NCBI GenBank assembly: GCA_022705425.1
Contig: JAKJEM010000001.1
Span: 260,515-324,514 of the forward strand
Direction: 5' to 3'
Length of the DNA: 64,000 bases
Source: Planctomycetota bacterium
GTDB taxonomy: Bacteria; Planctomycetota; Brocadiia; CAIUPP01
Shown: piece by piece, positions 28,267 to 37,773 of the stretch
Position numbering within the stretch: the first letter of the stretch is position 1
Layout: each line of letters opens with the position of its first letter
Program-made: the position numbers and the translations under genes
Notes under the pieces: generated by a model
What the model was told of the DNA's origin: nothing
Seen by the model: only the letters and a program-made list of their open reading frames with translations
Databases searched by the model: none

Positions 28267-29407
28267 ATGGGCCGCACCCGAAGGTTCTTCGCCGCCTTTA
28301 CGTTGATTGAGCTGCTGGTTGTCATCGCCATCATCGCCATTCTCGCCGCGATGCTCCTGCCTGCCCTGGCGAGCGCGCGGGAGAAGGCCCGGCGAAGCAG
28401 TTGCACGAACAATCTGAAGCAGATCGGCCTCGCGCTCGAGGTTTACACCTCCGATTACGGGCAGTACTTCCCCGGTCTGCTGGCCTGGGGCGCCGACGCC
28501 GCGCGCCGCATGGTTTACACCGACGCCCAGGGGGGCACGGTGGCCTTCTGGGGGCCGGGGAGCTGGGCGGCCTGCTATGACGAGCGCATCTTCACCTGGC
28601 AATATCAGCACCTCCTCGGCATGGGCTTCTTCCATAACGATTCCAGTGCGGCAGACTACTTCCCCGCGCCTGCGCAGGGGACGAACGCCCTTCGCGTTGC
28701 TCCGGTGGGGCTGGGGTTGTTGACACTGACCTCCGGACTCGATGACGAGAAGAGTCTGCACTGTCCCAGCATGGGCCGGCAGTGGAACTGGCTGCGCTGG
28801 AAGATCGGCGCGCACGGCGGGCAGACCGGCGGAAACGAACTGGTGTGGAACGGCGGGGCGGAGGAATGGAAGCGCGCCGCCGGGCACGACGCTCCTCTAC
28901 GGCAACTGGGGACGCGGCCTCGGCTCCTACGACGGCGCCTGCCGCGTCGGCGGCGGGTCGGGCAACCTCTATCGCAACTGGTACATCCTGGGCGACTACA
29001 CCTACCTCAACTACCCCATCGGCGGCAGCACCGGCAACACGCCGCTGCCCTTCCGCCCGAACAACAACGTCCTCGACATCCCCTGGACGAAGCCCGTCGT
29101 CAAGAGCGACCACGGCTGCCCGCCCTTCAAGACGACCAAGCTGCTGGCCGGCCGCGCCCTCGTCTCCGACGGCATCATGCACTCCGAAAGCACCCCCACC
29201 GCCCCCGGCGTCGGCGTCTTTGCGCACGGCGAAGGTTACAACGTCCTCTACGGCGACGGCGGTTGCGCCTGGTACGGCGATTCCACCGAGCGCATCGCCT
29301 GGTGGGGGGACGAGATCAACAACACCCGGCACTACTCGCTGGCAGGAAACATGAACATGCCGCTCGTGCACAATCTGTTCAATCAGCTTCGTGACATTGA
29401 CCGGTAG
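28267..29407 (+). pseudogene. Prepilin-type H-X9-DG (DUF1559-like) protein, copy 2, frameshifted near 28885
   Basis: Frame 1 matches paralogs up to WKRAAG; homology (TTLLYGNW...GCPPFKTTK...[12 protein letters not shown]) continues in the +1 frame to stop 29407. Confidence 0.85.
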
Positions 29408-29458
29408 GGCCGCGCCGCCTCGGCGAGGCGGGCTCTTCTTGTCGAGGGAGGAAGACAC

Positions 29459-30646
29459 ATGCAACGGCTCCGGACGCGCCTGAAGAGGGCTTTCACGCTC
29501 ATCGAACTGCTGGTGGTGATCGCCATCATTGCTATTCTGGCCGCCATGCTCCTGCCCGCCCTGGCGAGCGCGCGGGAAAAGGCGCGGCGCGCCACGTGCA
29601 TGAACAACCTCAACCAGTTCGGCAAGAGCTTTGCGATCTACCTCTCCGAGTATGGCGAATACTACCCCGGCAACCTGGCTTGGGGAGAGGACGCCGCCGG
29701 GACGGCGCAGATGGTTTACACCGACCGCTTCGGCGCCACGGTCAACTACACCTCCTCCCGCCACTCCGTGGGCTACAAGGGGACGCAGCACTGCATCGGG
29801 GCGTCGTGCTTCTACGATGCCGGCGAGAACTTCTCCTGGATTACGGCGAACATGCTCAAGGTGGCGCCCACGGGTGTCGGCATGTTCCTCGAGATGGGGA
29901 TGCTCTCCGACGAGAAGAGCTACCTCTGCCCCTCGCTGATGACGGAGTGGCGCGACCTGCGGCTGTTGCTGGGCGACACGCAGCCGGCGAACGAGATCGG
30001 CTGGAACGGCGGAGCGGCCTGTTGGCGCAAGGCCGCCGCCGGCGCCAAGACGGGCGACTCCCGCAGTACCTTTCTCTACGGCAAATGGCCCGAGCGGACG
30101 CGCAACGGCGGGAGCTGGCGCGACTACATCCTCTTCATCTTCAACGACTACGCCTACCTGAACCATCCCGTTGCCGGCAGCTCCTGGTCGGTCAACGCCA
30201 ACTCCTTCGGCATCGGATGGACGCGCCCGACCGTGATGACCCGCTGGGGATGCCCGCCCTTCAAGACCAGCAAGAACCTCGGGGGCCGCGCCGTCATGTC
30301 CGACGGCTTCTTCCATCTCAACAACTCGAGCGCCGGTCTGGGAATCTACCACCATCGCGACGGCTACAACGTGCTCTACGGCGACGGTTCCTCCGCGTGG
30401 TACGGCGACTCGACACAGCAGATCGCCTGGTTTCCCGGCGGCGAGGACCCCGTCGTCAAATGGGCTGTCGGCAAAGGCTTGGGCTACACCTCCCACTATG
30501 CCAACAACACCAACGGTACCTTCCCGTGCAACGCCACCTCCGGGTCGTCATCCACCAACTGCGACGACGGGGCCTATAACACCCCGCGCATTCACAATCT
30601 ATTCAATACCGCTCAAGGCATAGACGTCACCGCGCAACCGTTCTGA
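29459..30646 (+). CDS. Prepilin-type H-X9-DG (DUF1559-like) protein, copy 3
   Basis: [15 protein letters not shown]..., [25 protein letters not shown]; SD GGAGG. Confidence 0.9.
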   Translation: MQRLRTRLKRAFTLIELLVVIAIIAILAAMLLPALASAREKARRATCMNNLNQFGKSFAIYLSEYGEYYPGNLAWGEDAAGTAQMVYTDRFGATVNYTSSRHSVGYKGTQHCIGASCFYDAGENFSWITANMLKVAPTGVGMFLEMGMLSDEKSYLCPSLMTEWRDLRLLLGDTQPANEIGWNGGAACWRKAAAGAKTGDSRSTFLYGKWPERTRNGGSWRDYILFIFNDYAYLNHPVAGSSWSVNANSFGIGWTRPTVMTRWGCPPFKTSKNLGGRAVMSDGFFHLNNSSAGLGIYHHRDGYNVLYGDGSSAWYGDSTQQIAWFPGGEDPVVKWAVGKGLGYTSHYANNTNGTFPCNATSGSSSTNCDDGAYNTPRIHNLFNTAQGIDVTAQPF

Positions 30647-30747
30647 ACGTCTCGACGCCGGCGTCCCCGCGCCGCCAGGTCGCGAATTGCGCCGTGGGTT
30701 GTGGCCGCGTCCCCGGCGCCCGTATCCCGCGCCCCCATCGAGGAACT

Positions 30748-33700
30748 ATGAAACGCCTCTCCGCCATCGTCGCAATGTCGCTTCTGTGCGCGACCGCCCC
30801 TGCCGCCCCGCCGCCGAAGAGCGCCAAGCCCGCTCCCACCCCCGCCGTCCGACCCGCCGAAGGCGTCCTGCGTCTCGAGTTCACCGAGGCGACCACGCAG
30901 GGCGAGAACCCCGTCTGGCGGATCAAGAACTACGCCCTGGTTCCCGCAGGCTACGGAATGCCTCCGCGGCTCTCGCTGCGGCCCTTCCGCTCGGCGCAGA
31001 ACGCCGACCGGAACGTGGACGGTACGGCCACGACGACCTTCGCCGGTGCGGAGGGATACTACACCCTCGCGATCGAGTGCTTCGACAAGGACGCCGGCTG
31101 CGCGCGTTTCAGCCTGAAGGTGGACGGGAAGACCGTCTCGCGCTGGGCGGCCGGTAACAGCTTCTTCGGCGTCACGCCCCTGCGTCACGTCGTGCCGCAC
31201 GTTGCCCTCAGGAAGGGCAGCGTCATCGAGATCTCGGGGCAGACGAACGGCTACGATTTTGCCGACCTGAAGGCGTTGGAGATTGCCCCCGGCGCGCCGC
31301 GCCCGCCTGCGCCGCCTGTGGCGGTGGGGGGCGTCAAGTACTCCGAGACCCTCCTGCCGCTGGTCGAGCGGGTTCCCTGCCTCGATCCGGCGTTGATGAT
31401 CCCGCCGCCCTCGCGCGCCTGGCCCGACGCCGGCGCGCCCGCCGACCTTGCCGCCGCGCCGCTCTACCTCTTCCGGGCGGCGCAGGGGGAACGCTTCGAG
31501 GTTCAGGTGAACAACCCCGACATGAAGGATCGCGTCCACCTCTGGAGCGTCCGGCGTCGCCCTGTGGCTGAAGGGCCGGGATTTGACGGGCGGCTTGACG
31601 TGCCCGCCCAGGCCGGCGCGCGAATCCGTGTCGAGATTCCCCGCGACGGTCTCTACGAAATGCGGGTCGGGGGGAGCGTGACGGGGTTGACTCACGGCTT
31701 GACGCTGGCGTGGTCCGGACCCGTCGGCCACGGATGCTTCTTCGTTCCCGAGAAGACCGCCGGACTGCGCCTGAAGAGTTCCGACAAGTCCCGGCAGGGG
31801 GCGGAGGTCACCTTGCGGGACTCCTCCGGCGCGGTGGTGTGGGACGGCGATATCGCCGCGCACAAGCACGAAGACATCGCCGTTCCGCCCGGCAGGGACG
31901 GTATGCCCTGGACGCTGAGTTGTCCGCCGGGCCGGGGGGTGACGATCGAGGGCGTGCCGCCCTATCTCGCCCTGGCCGCAGCCGATCTGCTTGTGCCGGA
32001 AGAGGCGCTGCCGGCTCGCGCTACGCCGCCGGCCGCCGTCCCCCGCCTGCCGCTGCGCGTCAAGCCGCTGGCGGACGCGGCCATGATGAAGGGATGCGCC
32101 CCGGTTGTCCTCGTGCGCGACGGGCAGCCCGCCTGCGTCATCGTCACCCCGCCCGATCCCTCGCCGGCCCATCTCAAGGCCGCGCGGACCCTCCAGCAGT
32201 TCCTTCTGCGGATCAGCGGCGCCACCGTACCCCTTTCGGACCGGTTGCCCGATCGGGGGGCGGCCATCCTCCTCGGCGTGGCCGGAGACTTCCCCGCCGT
32301 CACGCCCCCGAAGGGCTTCGACGCCTTCAACGCCGAGGGCCTTTTCCTCCGCACCGGGGCGGACCGGCTGGCGATCATGGCGCGTTCGGCGGCGGGGCTT
32401 TCACCGGCGGTCCATACCTTCCTGCAGCGCCTCGGCTGCCGCTGGTATTTCGGCGACGAGGACTGGGAGGTCATCCCCCAGGCGCGCGACATCACCGTGG
32501 CGCTGGACGTCGCGACGCAGCCGGACTTCCTCCTTCGGAACATCACTTCCGGCACGCGCGCCATCGCCGGCGCGCGCGACATGGACCTGTGGTCCGAGCG
32601 CAACCGGCTCGGCAGCGGCATCCGCGGCGGAATCCACCATTCCTACTCGGGCTTCGTCCCCGATGCCCTCTTCAAGGAGCATCCGGAGTACTTCGCGCTG
32701 AAGGACACGAACAAGGACGGCGTCGGCGACGTCCGCACCCCGGCGCAACCCTGCACCACGCACCCGGAGGTGGTCAAGCTCTTCACCGCCGGCGCGGTGG
32801 CCCGCTTCGCCAAAGAACCGAACCTCGACCTGCTCCCCGTCAGTCCGAACGACGGCACCGTCAACATGTGCCGGTGCGAGCGCTGCCGCGCCGTGGGCAG
32901 CTACAGCGACTGCGCCTGGCTCCTGGCCCATCAGGTGGCCGACGCCGTCCGCGCGGCCATGCCCCGGCGGGCCTTCTGGATCGGCTTCTACGCCTACGGG
33001 GTCGTCTCAACCCCGCCCCGCCTCAAGGCCGAGGCCGATCCGAACATCGCCATCCAGATCGCCACGGCCTACAACCGCGTGTCGGTGGACACCATGTTCG
33101 ACGCGTGGCCGGCGTACGTCGGCGTTATCGGCGTGCGCGAGTACTTCGCCATCCCCCAGTGGGGCGCGAATGCGCCGGGGCGGGGCATCACCGTCTCCAA
33201 GGCGCGGCGCGTGATCCCCTACTACAAGAGCCGGAAGGCCATCATGCTGAACGCCGAGGCCTGCCCCGTGTGGGGCGGGGCCGGCATCGGCATGTACGTC
33301 GCGGCGCAACTGATGTGGGACTCGACCCAGAACCCCGATGCGCTGCTGGCGGAGTTCTACGCCGATTGCTTCGGCGCGGCAGCGTTGCCCATGCGGCGTT
33401 ACTTCGAGCGCTGGGAGCGCGAGGGGTTCAACCCCCGCACTGCCAAGCTGGCGCTCGGCGATCTGCGCGAGGCGCTCGACAAGGCCGACGACATCGAGTC
33501 CCGCCGCCGCGTCGCGCTCTGCGCCCTCTACATCCATGCCCTCCGAATTGATCAGGAATGGGCGGCGCTGGATGACAAGACGCCCCCGGAGCAGCGGGCG
33601 CGCTTCCAGCAGGAGGCGGGCATCTTCCTCTGGCGCAATCACCGCAACGGGCTCTACCGGCTCTTCGGCAGCGTCGCCGGCGCGCGCTTCGCGGCCCTGC

Positions 33701-34503
33701 CCTTCTTCACTTTCGAGGAGACACGGGGACTCGTTGAGCGCGACCTGGCCTTGCTGGCGGGGGTGGAGGCTGCCGACCTGGTGACGCAGTTCGGCGGGGC
33801 GATGACCCGCGTGCCGACGGAGGCTGTCGGGCAGCTTCGCGCGGCGGACGACGGGGCGGCCTTTCCCGCTGCGACGTGGATGGTCCTGGCGACGAAGGGG
33901 CGGCCCATCGTCATCGAGGCAACGGGCAAGGGTGGGCGGGTCGAGGCGCGTCTCCTGCGCCTCTCCGGCAACGATGCCGCCGAGCGGAAGGAACTCGTCC
34001 TGGCCGACGAGCGCGGCGAGATACGCCTGATCGCCCCGGAGGACGGGCCGTGCCGCCTCGCCATAGCGGCCGACAAGGCGCATTACCGCATTGTCGAGCC
34101 CGCAGCCTCCGCCATCGTTCTCGCGCGCGAGAAGAACCGCGAATGGTTCCGCATCAACCTCCCCTCGGGAACCAACGCCCTGTGCTTCTATGTGCCCATC
34201 GGCGCCGAGGCCATCCTCTTCGGCTTCGGCGGCAAGGCGCGGGGCGGGACGGTCATGGAACTCCAGGACAACAAGGGGCAGACGGTCCTGAGCGCCAGGG
34301 CCGACGCGCGCACCGGCCAGTTCGGTCTCTCGCCGCGCATTGTCCACGTGCCCCCCGGCGGCGATCATCAGGTCTGGCGCGTGCAGCTCGGCGCCCCCGT
34401 GTCCGATGCCGCCGTCTTCCTCAAGGGCGTGCCGCCCTACGCGCACCTCGACCCCGCGCGCCTCATCGTGCCCGAGCGCGGCGCGGACGACGACATGGAA
34501 TGA
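30748..34503 (+). CDS. Multidomain secreted DUF4838 protein with N-terminal CBM-like module
   Basis: Signal peptide; jelly-roll-like N-terminus; LQRLGCRWY, HPEYFA, PCTTHPEV, PNDG...CRCERC, YVAAQLMWD; SD GAGG. Confidence 0.8.
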   Translation: MKRLSAIVAMSLLCATAPAAPPPKSAKPAPTPAVRPAEGVLRLEFTEATTQGENPVWRIKNYALVPAGYGMPPRLSLRPFRSAQNADRNVDGTATTTFAGAEGYYTLAIECFDKDAGCARFSLKVDGKTVSRWAAGNSFFGVTPLRHVVPHVALRKGSVIEISGQTNGYDFADLKALEIAPGAPRPPAPPVAVGGVKYSETLLPLVERVPCLDPALMIPPPSRAWPDAGAPADLAAAPLYLFRAAQGERFEVQVNNPDMKDRVHLWSVRRRPVAEGPGFDGRLDVPAQAGARIRVEIPRDGLYEMRVGGSVTGLTHGLTLAWSGPVGHGCFFVPEKTAGLRLKSSDKSRQGAEVTLRDSSGAVVWDGDIAAHKHEDIAVPPGRDGMPWTLSCPPGRGVTIEGVPPYLALAAADLLVPEEALPARATPPAAVPRLPLRVKPLADAAMMKGCAPVVLVRDGQPACVIVTPPDPSPAHLKAARTLQQFLLRISGATVPLSDRLPDRGAAILLGVAGDFPAVTPPKGFDAFNAEGLFLRTGADRLAIMARSAAGLSPAVHTFLQRLGCRWYFGDEDWEVIPQARDITVALDVATQPDFLLRNITSGTRAIAGARDMDLWSERNRLGSGIRGGIHHSYSGFVPDALFKEHPEYFALKDTNKDGVGDVRTPAQPCTTHPEVVKLFTAGAVARFAKEPNLDLLPVSPNDGTVNMCRCERCRAVGSYSDCAWLLAHQVADAVRAAMPRRAFWIGFYAYGVVSTPPRLKAEADPNIAIQIATAYNRVSVDTMFDAWPAYVGVIGVREYFAIPQWGANAPGRGITVSKARRVIPYYKSRKAIMLNAEACPVWGGAGIGMYVAAQLMWDSTQNPDALLAEFYADCFGAAALPMRRYFERWEREGFNPRTAKLALGDLREALDKADDIESRRRVALCALYIHALRIDQEWAALDDKTPPEQRARFQQEAGIFLWRNHRNGLYRLFGSVAGARFAALPFFTFEETRGLVERDLALLAGVEAADLVTQFGGAMTRVPTEAVGQLRAADDGAAFPAATWMVLATKGRPIVIEATGKGGRVEARLLRLSGNDAAERKELVLADERGEIRLIAPEDGPCRLAIAADKAHYRIVEPAASAIVLAREKNREWFRINLPSGTNALCFYVPIGAEAILFGFGGKARGGTVMELQDNKGQTVLSARADARTGQFGLSPRIVHVPPGGDHQVWRVQLGAPVSDAAVFLKGVPPYAHLDPARLIVPERGADDDME

Positions 34504-34546
34504 CCGGACCCGCCCGCGACGCGCTTCTCGAATGGAGGATCGGTCT

Positions 34547-35848
34547 GTGAGCGTAGATGTCGCCCTTCAAGTGACGCGGCGTTCCGTGGCGCTGACCCTT
34601 CCCCCCGATGGCGGCGAGGGTCCGCCCCTGCGCTATGGACTATGTCTTCCCTTTCAGCTCGCTCCGCGCAAGGCGGCCCTGTTGTGCAACGTCCGCCGCC
34701 TCGGCGTCACCAGTATTGATTTCGAGTCCGGGGCGGACGTCATCCCCTTCGACTGCCTGGACGATATCTCCCCCGCCCGGGCGACGACGATCGGACGCAA
34801 CACGCGCGAGTGCCACCCGGCCGGCGGGCAGCCGCTCCTCATGGCGCGCCACCTCTGCTCGGGCGGCTTCGTTCCCCTCGGCGCGCGGTTGAAGGACGGC
34901 CGGCCCCATCCCCACGCCGGCACGGGCTTCATCGTGGGGACGACGGTCGCCTTTGCCGCCGACTTCTCGACGCGCCTTCACCGGGACCTGCCCGGCCCCT
35001 TCAGCCGGATGGAACTGCACCAGACGCTCTGGGACGGGGGGGCTTTCCACGTGACGCGCTCCGATTACTTCATCGGCGAGAGGATCCTGCCCGGGTGGAA
35101 CGTCGTCGGGCGCGGTCTGGGCGGCGCGATTCCCGACGGAGAAGACCTGTTGCACGGTCTGACCGTCCGCGAGGGGAACGGGTCCACTCAGTCCGGTCTG
35201 GCGCGCTGGCGGCGCGGCCCCGAAGGCTGGCGTCCCGTGTCCTTCACGCCGGTGACGCCGTCCGAGGGCTTCGGAGAGCCCTCGGTTCAGCGCGACGTGG
35301 ACGGCCGCCTGCTGTTCGCCGCGCGCGGGGCGCTGCATGTTTCCACCGACGGCGAGAGCTACGGGATCGCGATCTGGCGCTCCGGCGATGGCGGTGTTTC
35401 CTGGGAAGCGGTCGTCAGCGCCCCCGGCACGCGCGGCAACACCCCTACCATTCTGAACCAGGCGGCCGACGGAACGCCGTACGTCGCGGGCAACCCGTAC
35501 ACCCCCGGCGCGTGCGACGGCACGGGCCGCCGCATCAGCATCTGGTCGCACCGGCAGAAGGTGGCGCTCTGGCCCCTGCGCGCCGACCGCCGCGCGCTGC
35601 TGCCGCCCGTCCTCGCCCGCGACACTGCCGACTTCGGCCCGCCGCCGGAGGGGCGCGTCTGGTACGCCGATCATCCCCTGGGCGCCACCGTTCAACTGGC
35701 CGACGGGCGTTGGCGGCATCTCCTGGCCTGGCGCGTCCGCGAGAGCCAGCCCGCGCGCGATTCCTGCGAGCGCCCCACGCCCTTCACCGGGACCTTCATC
35801 GAGGAGGTTTCGACCCCCGGCGCGGGGCGTCCGCCGTGGGGGCTCTGA
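34547..35848 (+). CDS. Hypothetical Asp-box/beta-propeller (sialidase-like) protein
   Basis: WRSGDGGVSW Asp box, FGEPSVQRD.DG.LLF; SD GGAGG before GTG 34547. Confidence 0.6.
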   Translation: MSVDVALQVTRRSVALTLPPDGGEGPPLRYGLCLPFQLAPRKAALLCNVRRLGVTSIDFESGADVIPFDCLDDISPARATTIGRNTRECHPAGGQPLLMARHLCSGGFVPLGARLKDGRPHPHAGTGFIVGTTVAFAADFSTRLHRDLPGPFSRMELHQTLWDGGAFHVTRSDYFIGERILPGWNVVGRGLGGAIPDGEDLLHGLTVREGNGSTQSGLARWRRGPEGWRPVSFTPVTPSEGFGEPSVQRDVDGRLLFAARGALHVSTDGESYGIAIWRSGDGGVSWEAVVSAPGTRGNTPTILNQAADGTPYVAGNPYTPGACDGTGRRISIWSHRQKVALWPLRADRRALLPPVLARDTADFGPPPEGRVWYADHPLGATVQLADGRWRHLLAWRVRESQPARDSCERPTPFTGTFIEEVSTPGAGRPPWGL

Positions 35849-36275
35849 CACGGTCCGGCGGCGTGCTCGCCCGCGCCCGGAGCGGCTGCCGGAGCGTCTT
35901 CAGCAACCCCTCCAGCGCCCTGCGGTTCGCAAAGGCGTTGACGTAGATGTACTCGATGCGCTCCCCGTGTTTCAGATGCACGCCGTGGACGGTCTTCTGC
36001 GGGATTCGCACCACCATCCCGGCCCGCACGGAAATTCGACGGCGCCCCAGGAGGATTGTGCCCGCGCCCTTGAGAATCAGGTAGATCTGGTCCCATCCGT
36101 CGTGGCAGTCCAGGGCCTTTGTGGTCGGCCCTTTCGCGCGGACGCGCCCGGCGCTCATCAACCCCAGCGTACCGGGCGTTACGACGAACTGGTAGGCGAT
36201 GTTCGCGCCGCTGTCCTGTTCGTAGCGGGGGAGTTCCTCGAAACGCTCAACCGGCTTGCAGCGGGGACGGCCCAT
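35796..36275 (-). CDS. Cupin domain protein
   Basis: DCHDGWDQIYLILKGAG...VVRIPQKTVHGV. Confidence 0.8.
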   Translation of the reverse strand: MGRPRCKPVERFEELPRYEQDSGANIAYQFVVTPGTLGLMSAGRVRAKGPTTKALDCHDGWDQIYLILKGAGTILLGRRRISVRAGMVVRIPQKTVHGVHLKHGERIEYIYVNAFANRRALEGLLKTLRQPLRARASTPPDRVRAPTADAPRRGSKPPR

Positions 36276-36360
36276 CGTGTCCTCCCTTCCCTGAGAAAGC
36301 GCCCCGACCGGCAGCCGGGACGTTCCCGTACGGCTGCGCCTTCGGCTCGGCGTCTTTCAC

Positions 36361-37302
36361 TCATCCCCCATACCAGCGCGACAGCAGCCCCATGGCCACG
36401 GGGATCGAGACCAGCGAAAAGGCGAAGCTCCCGATCATGTACTGGCAGACGAAATTCCGGTCTCCCCCCTCGCGCTCGGCGATGATCGGCAGCGCTGTCA
36501 ACGGCGGCGCGGCGGCCTGAAGCACCAGCAGCAACGCCACCGACTGCGGCGGACGTATCAGCAGGATCAATCCAAGCGTCGCCAGTGGAAAGACGATGTT
36601 CTTGAAGAGGACGAACTTCGCCGTCTCCCCCCAGTGCAATCTGCCGCCGGCCTTCGCGTCGAGGTACAGGCTCCCCCCCAGCACCAGCATCAGCAACGGC
36701 GCGCTGGTGTCGCCGACCATCGAGATGGTGGTGAACGCGAAGCGAGGGAACCACTCGCGTGCGCCCACCAGTGCCGCCCCCACGCCGAGCAGCGTGGCCA
36801 CAGTCACCGGGTTGAAGACCCGCGCCCAGCGGATCGGCTGCCCGGCGTGGCCGAAGAACAGGTGCGCCCCGCCGAAGAACAGCGCCGGAAAGAGCAGCGT
36901 GAAGATGAACAACTCCGGCAGAAGCGCCGAGTTCCGCCCGAACGCTTCCGTGATGATGACCAGCGGCACGAAGATGGCGTTCTGGAAGAAGAGCCCCGCG
37001 GCGAACTCGCGGCGCGTTTCGCGACGTCCGAACCGCGCCAGGACCAGCGTCAGGAGCAGCGCCAGGAGGGTGAATCCGCCCCACCACGCCGGCAACAGCC
37101 ACCACCGCGCGTGCTCGGCCGGCTCGAAGTGATCGAGGATGTTCGCAAAGACCAGGCAGGGCACCGCTACGTCCACCGACAGCGTCGAAAGGGAGGCCAG
37201 GGCCTGATCGGGGATCACCCGGCGGCTGATGATCCAGAAGCCGGCCACTCCCAGCGCCAGCAGCACCGCCACGCCCTGAAAGGTCGCCAGAAGGAGGTCC
37301 AT
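36361..37302 (-). CDS. AEC (auxin efflux carrier-like) family transporter
   Basis: About 10 TM; PCLVF, NAIFVPL, APLLMLVLG, AAPP. Confidence 0.85.
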   Translation of the reverse strand: MDLLLATFQGVAVLLALGVAGFWIISRRVIPDQALASLSTLSVDVAVPCLVFANILDHFEPAEHARWWLLPAWWGGFTLLALLLTLVLARFGRRETRREFAAGLFFQNAIFVPLVIITEAFGRNSALLPELFIFTLLFPALFFGGAHLFFGHAGQPIRWARVFNPVTVATLLGVGAALVGAREWFPRFAFTTISMVGDTSAPLLMLVLGGSLYLDAKAGGRLHWGETAKFVLFKNIVFPLATLGLILLIRPPQSVALLLVLQAAAPPLTALPIIAEREGGDRNFVCQYMIGSFAFSLVSIPVAMGLLSRWYGG

Positions 37303-37308
37303 GATCCC

Positions 37309-37638
37309 TCACTTCTCCGCGCGCGGCGCGCTGCGTTCCGCCGCTGCCGCGTCTATCATCCGGTAGATCAGCGCCGCATGGATGCCGCTGATGGGGCCCA
37401 TGCGCCCGGGAGCGAACGGGATCGCCACTTCGGGCTGCCGGGTCCGGCGCTCCGCCGCCGCTTCAGCCGCCGCCGCGATCTCAGAAAGCGCCGTCCGAAG
37501 GGCCGGCAGGCGAGCGGCATAGGCCCGGAGCAGCGCATCGGCCGCGTTCTCCGCGCGCGCCGTCGGGCCCGCCGGCAGTTGCGCCGCCGGCAGGATGATT
37601 CCCGCGCCCCACACGCCGCCTCGCCGGGACAAGGACAT
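37309..37638 (-). CDS. Short hypothetical protein with Tat-like leader, possibly an internal-deletion remnant
   Basis: SRR twin-arginine-like leader; Ala-rich helix; C-terminal GPISGI motif. Confidence 0.4.
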   Translation of the reverse strand: MSLSRRGGVWGAGIILPAAQLPAGPTARAENAADALLRAYAARLPALRTALSEIAAAAEAAAERRTRQPEVAIPFAPGRMGPISGIHAALIYRMIDAAAAERSAPRAEK

Positions 37639-37773
37639 GAACGGCCTCCGCTCCAAAGGTTACGGCCAGCCTACACCGCCCGCCCCGGCGGCGTCAAACG
37701 CCCTCGCCACGCTGCGCCGCCTTGCGCGCGGCGGGGGCCGCCCGATAGACTGTGGCGGCGAAAGGAGACGCCG

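Noticed and set aside
27052-28887. N-terminal 612 aa of the 1385-aa ORF 24730-28887
   Set aside because: Chance open frame antisense to lacI and the pilin gene; the real protein starts at the signal peptide at 27051
28861-28900. Programmed ribosomal frameshift
   Set aside because: No canonical slippery heptamer or stimulator; paralog alignment points to missing residues rather than a clean shift
28267-30646. Diversity-generating retroelement acting on the pilin-like paralogs
   Set aside because: No reverse transcriptase and no near-identical template/variable repeat pair differing only at adenines; divergence is spread throughout
21502-36275. Prophage or integrative element explaining the accessory cluster
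   Set aside because: No integrase, tRNA att site, phage or conjugation genes; GC similar to the flanks
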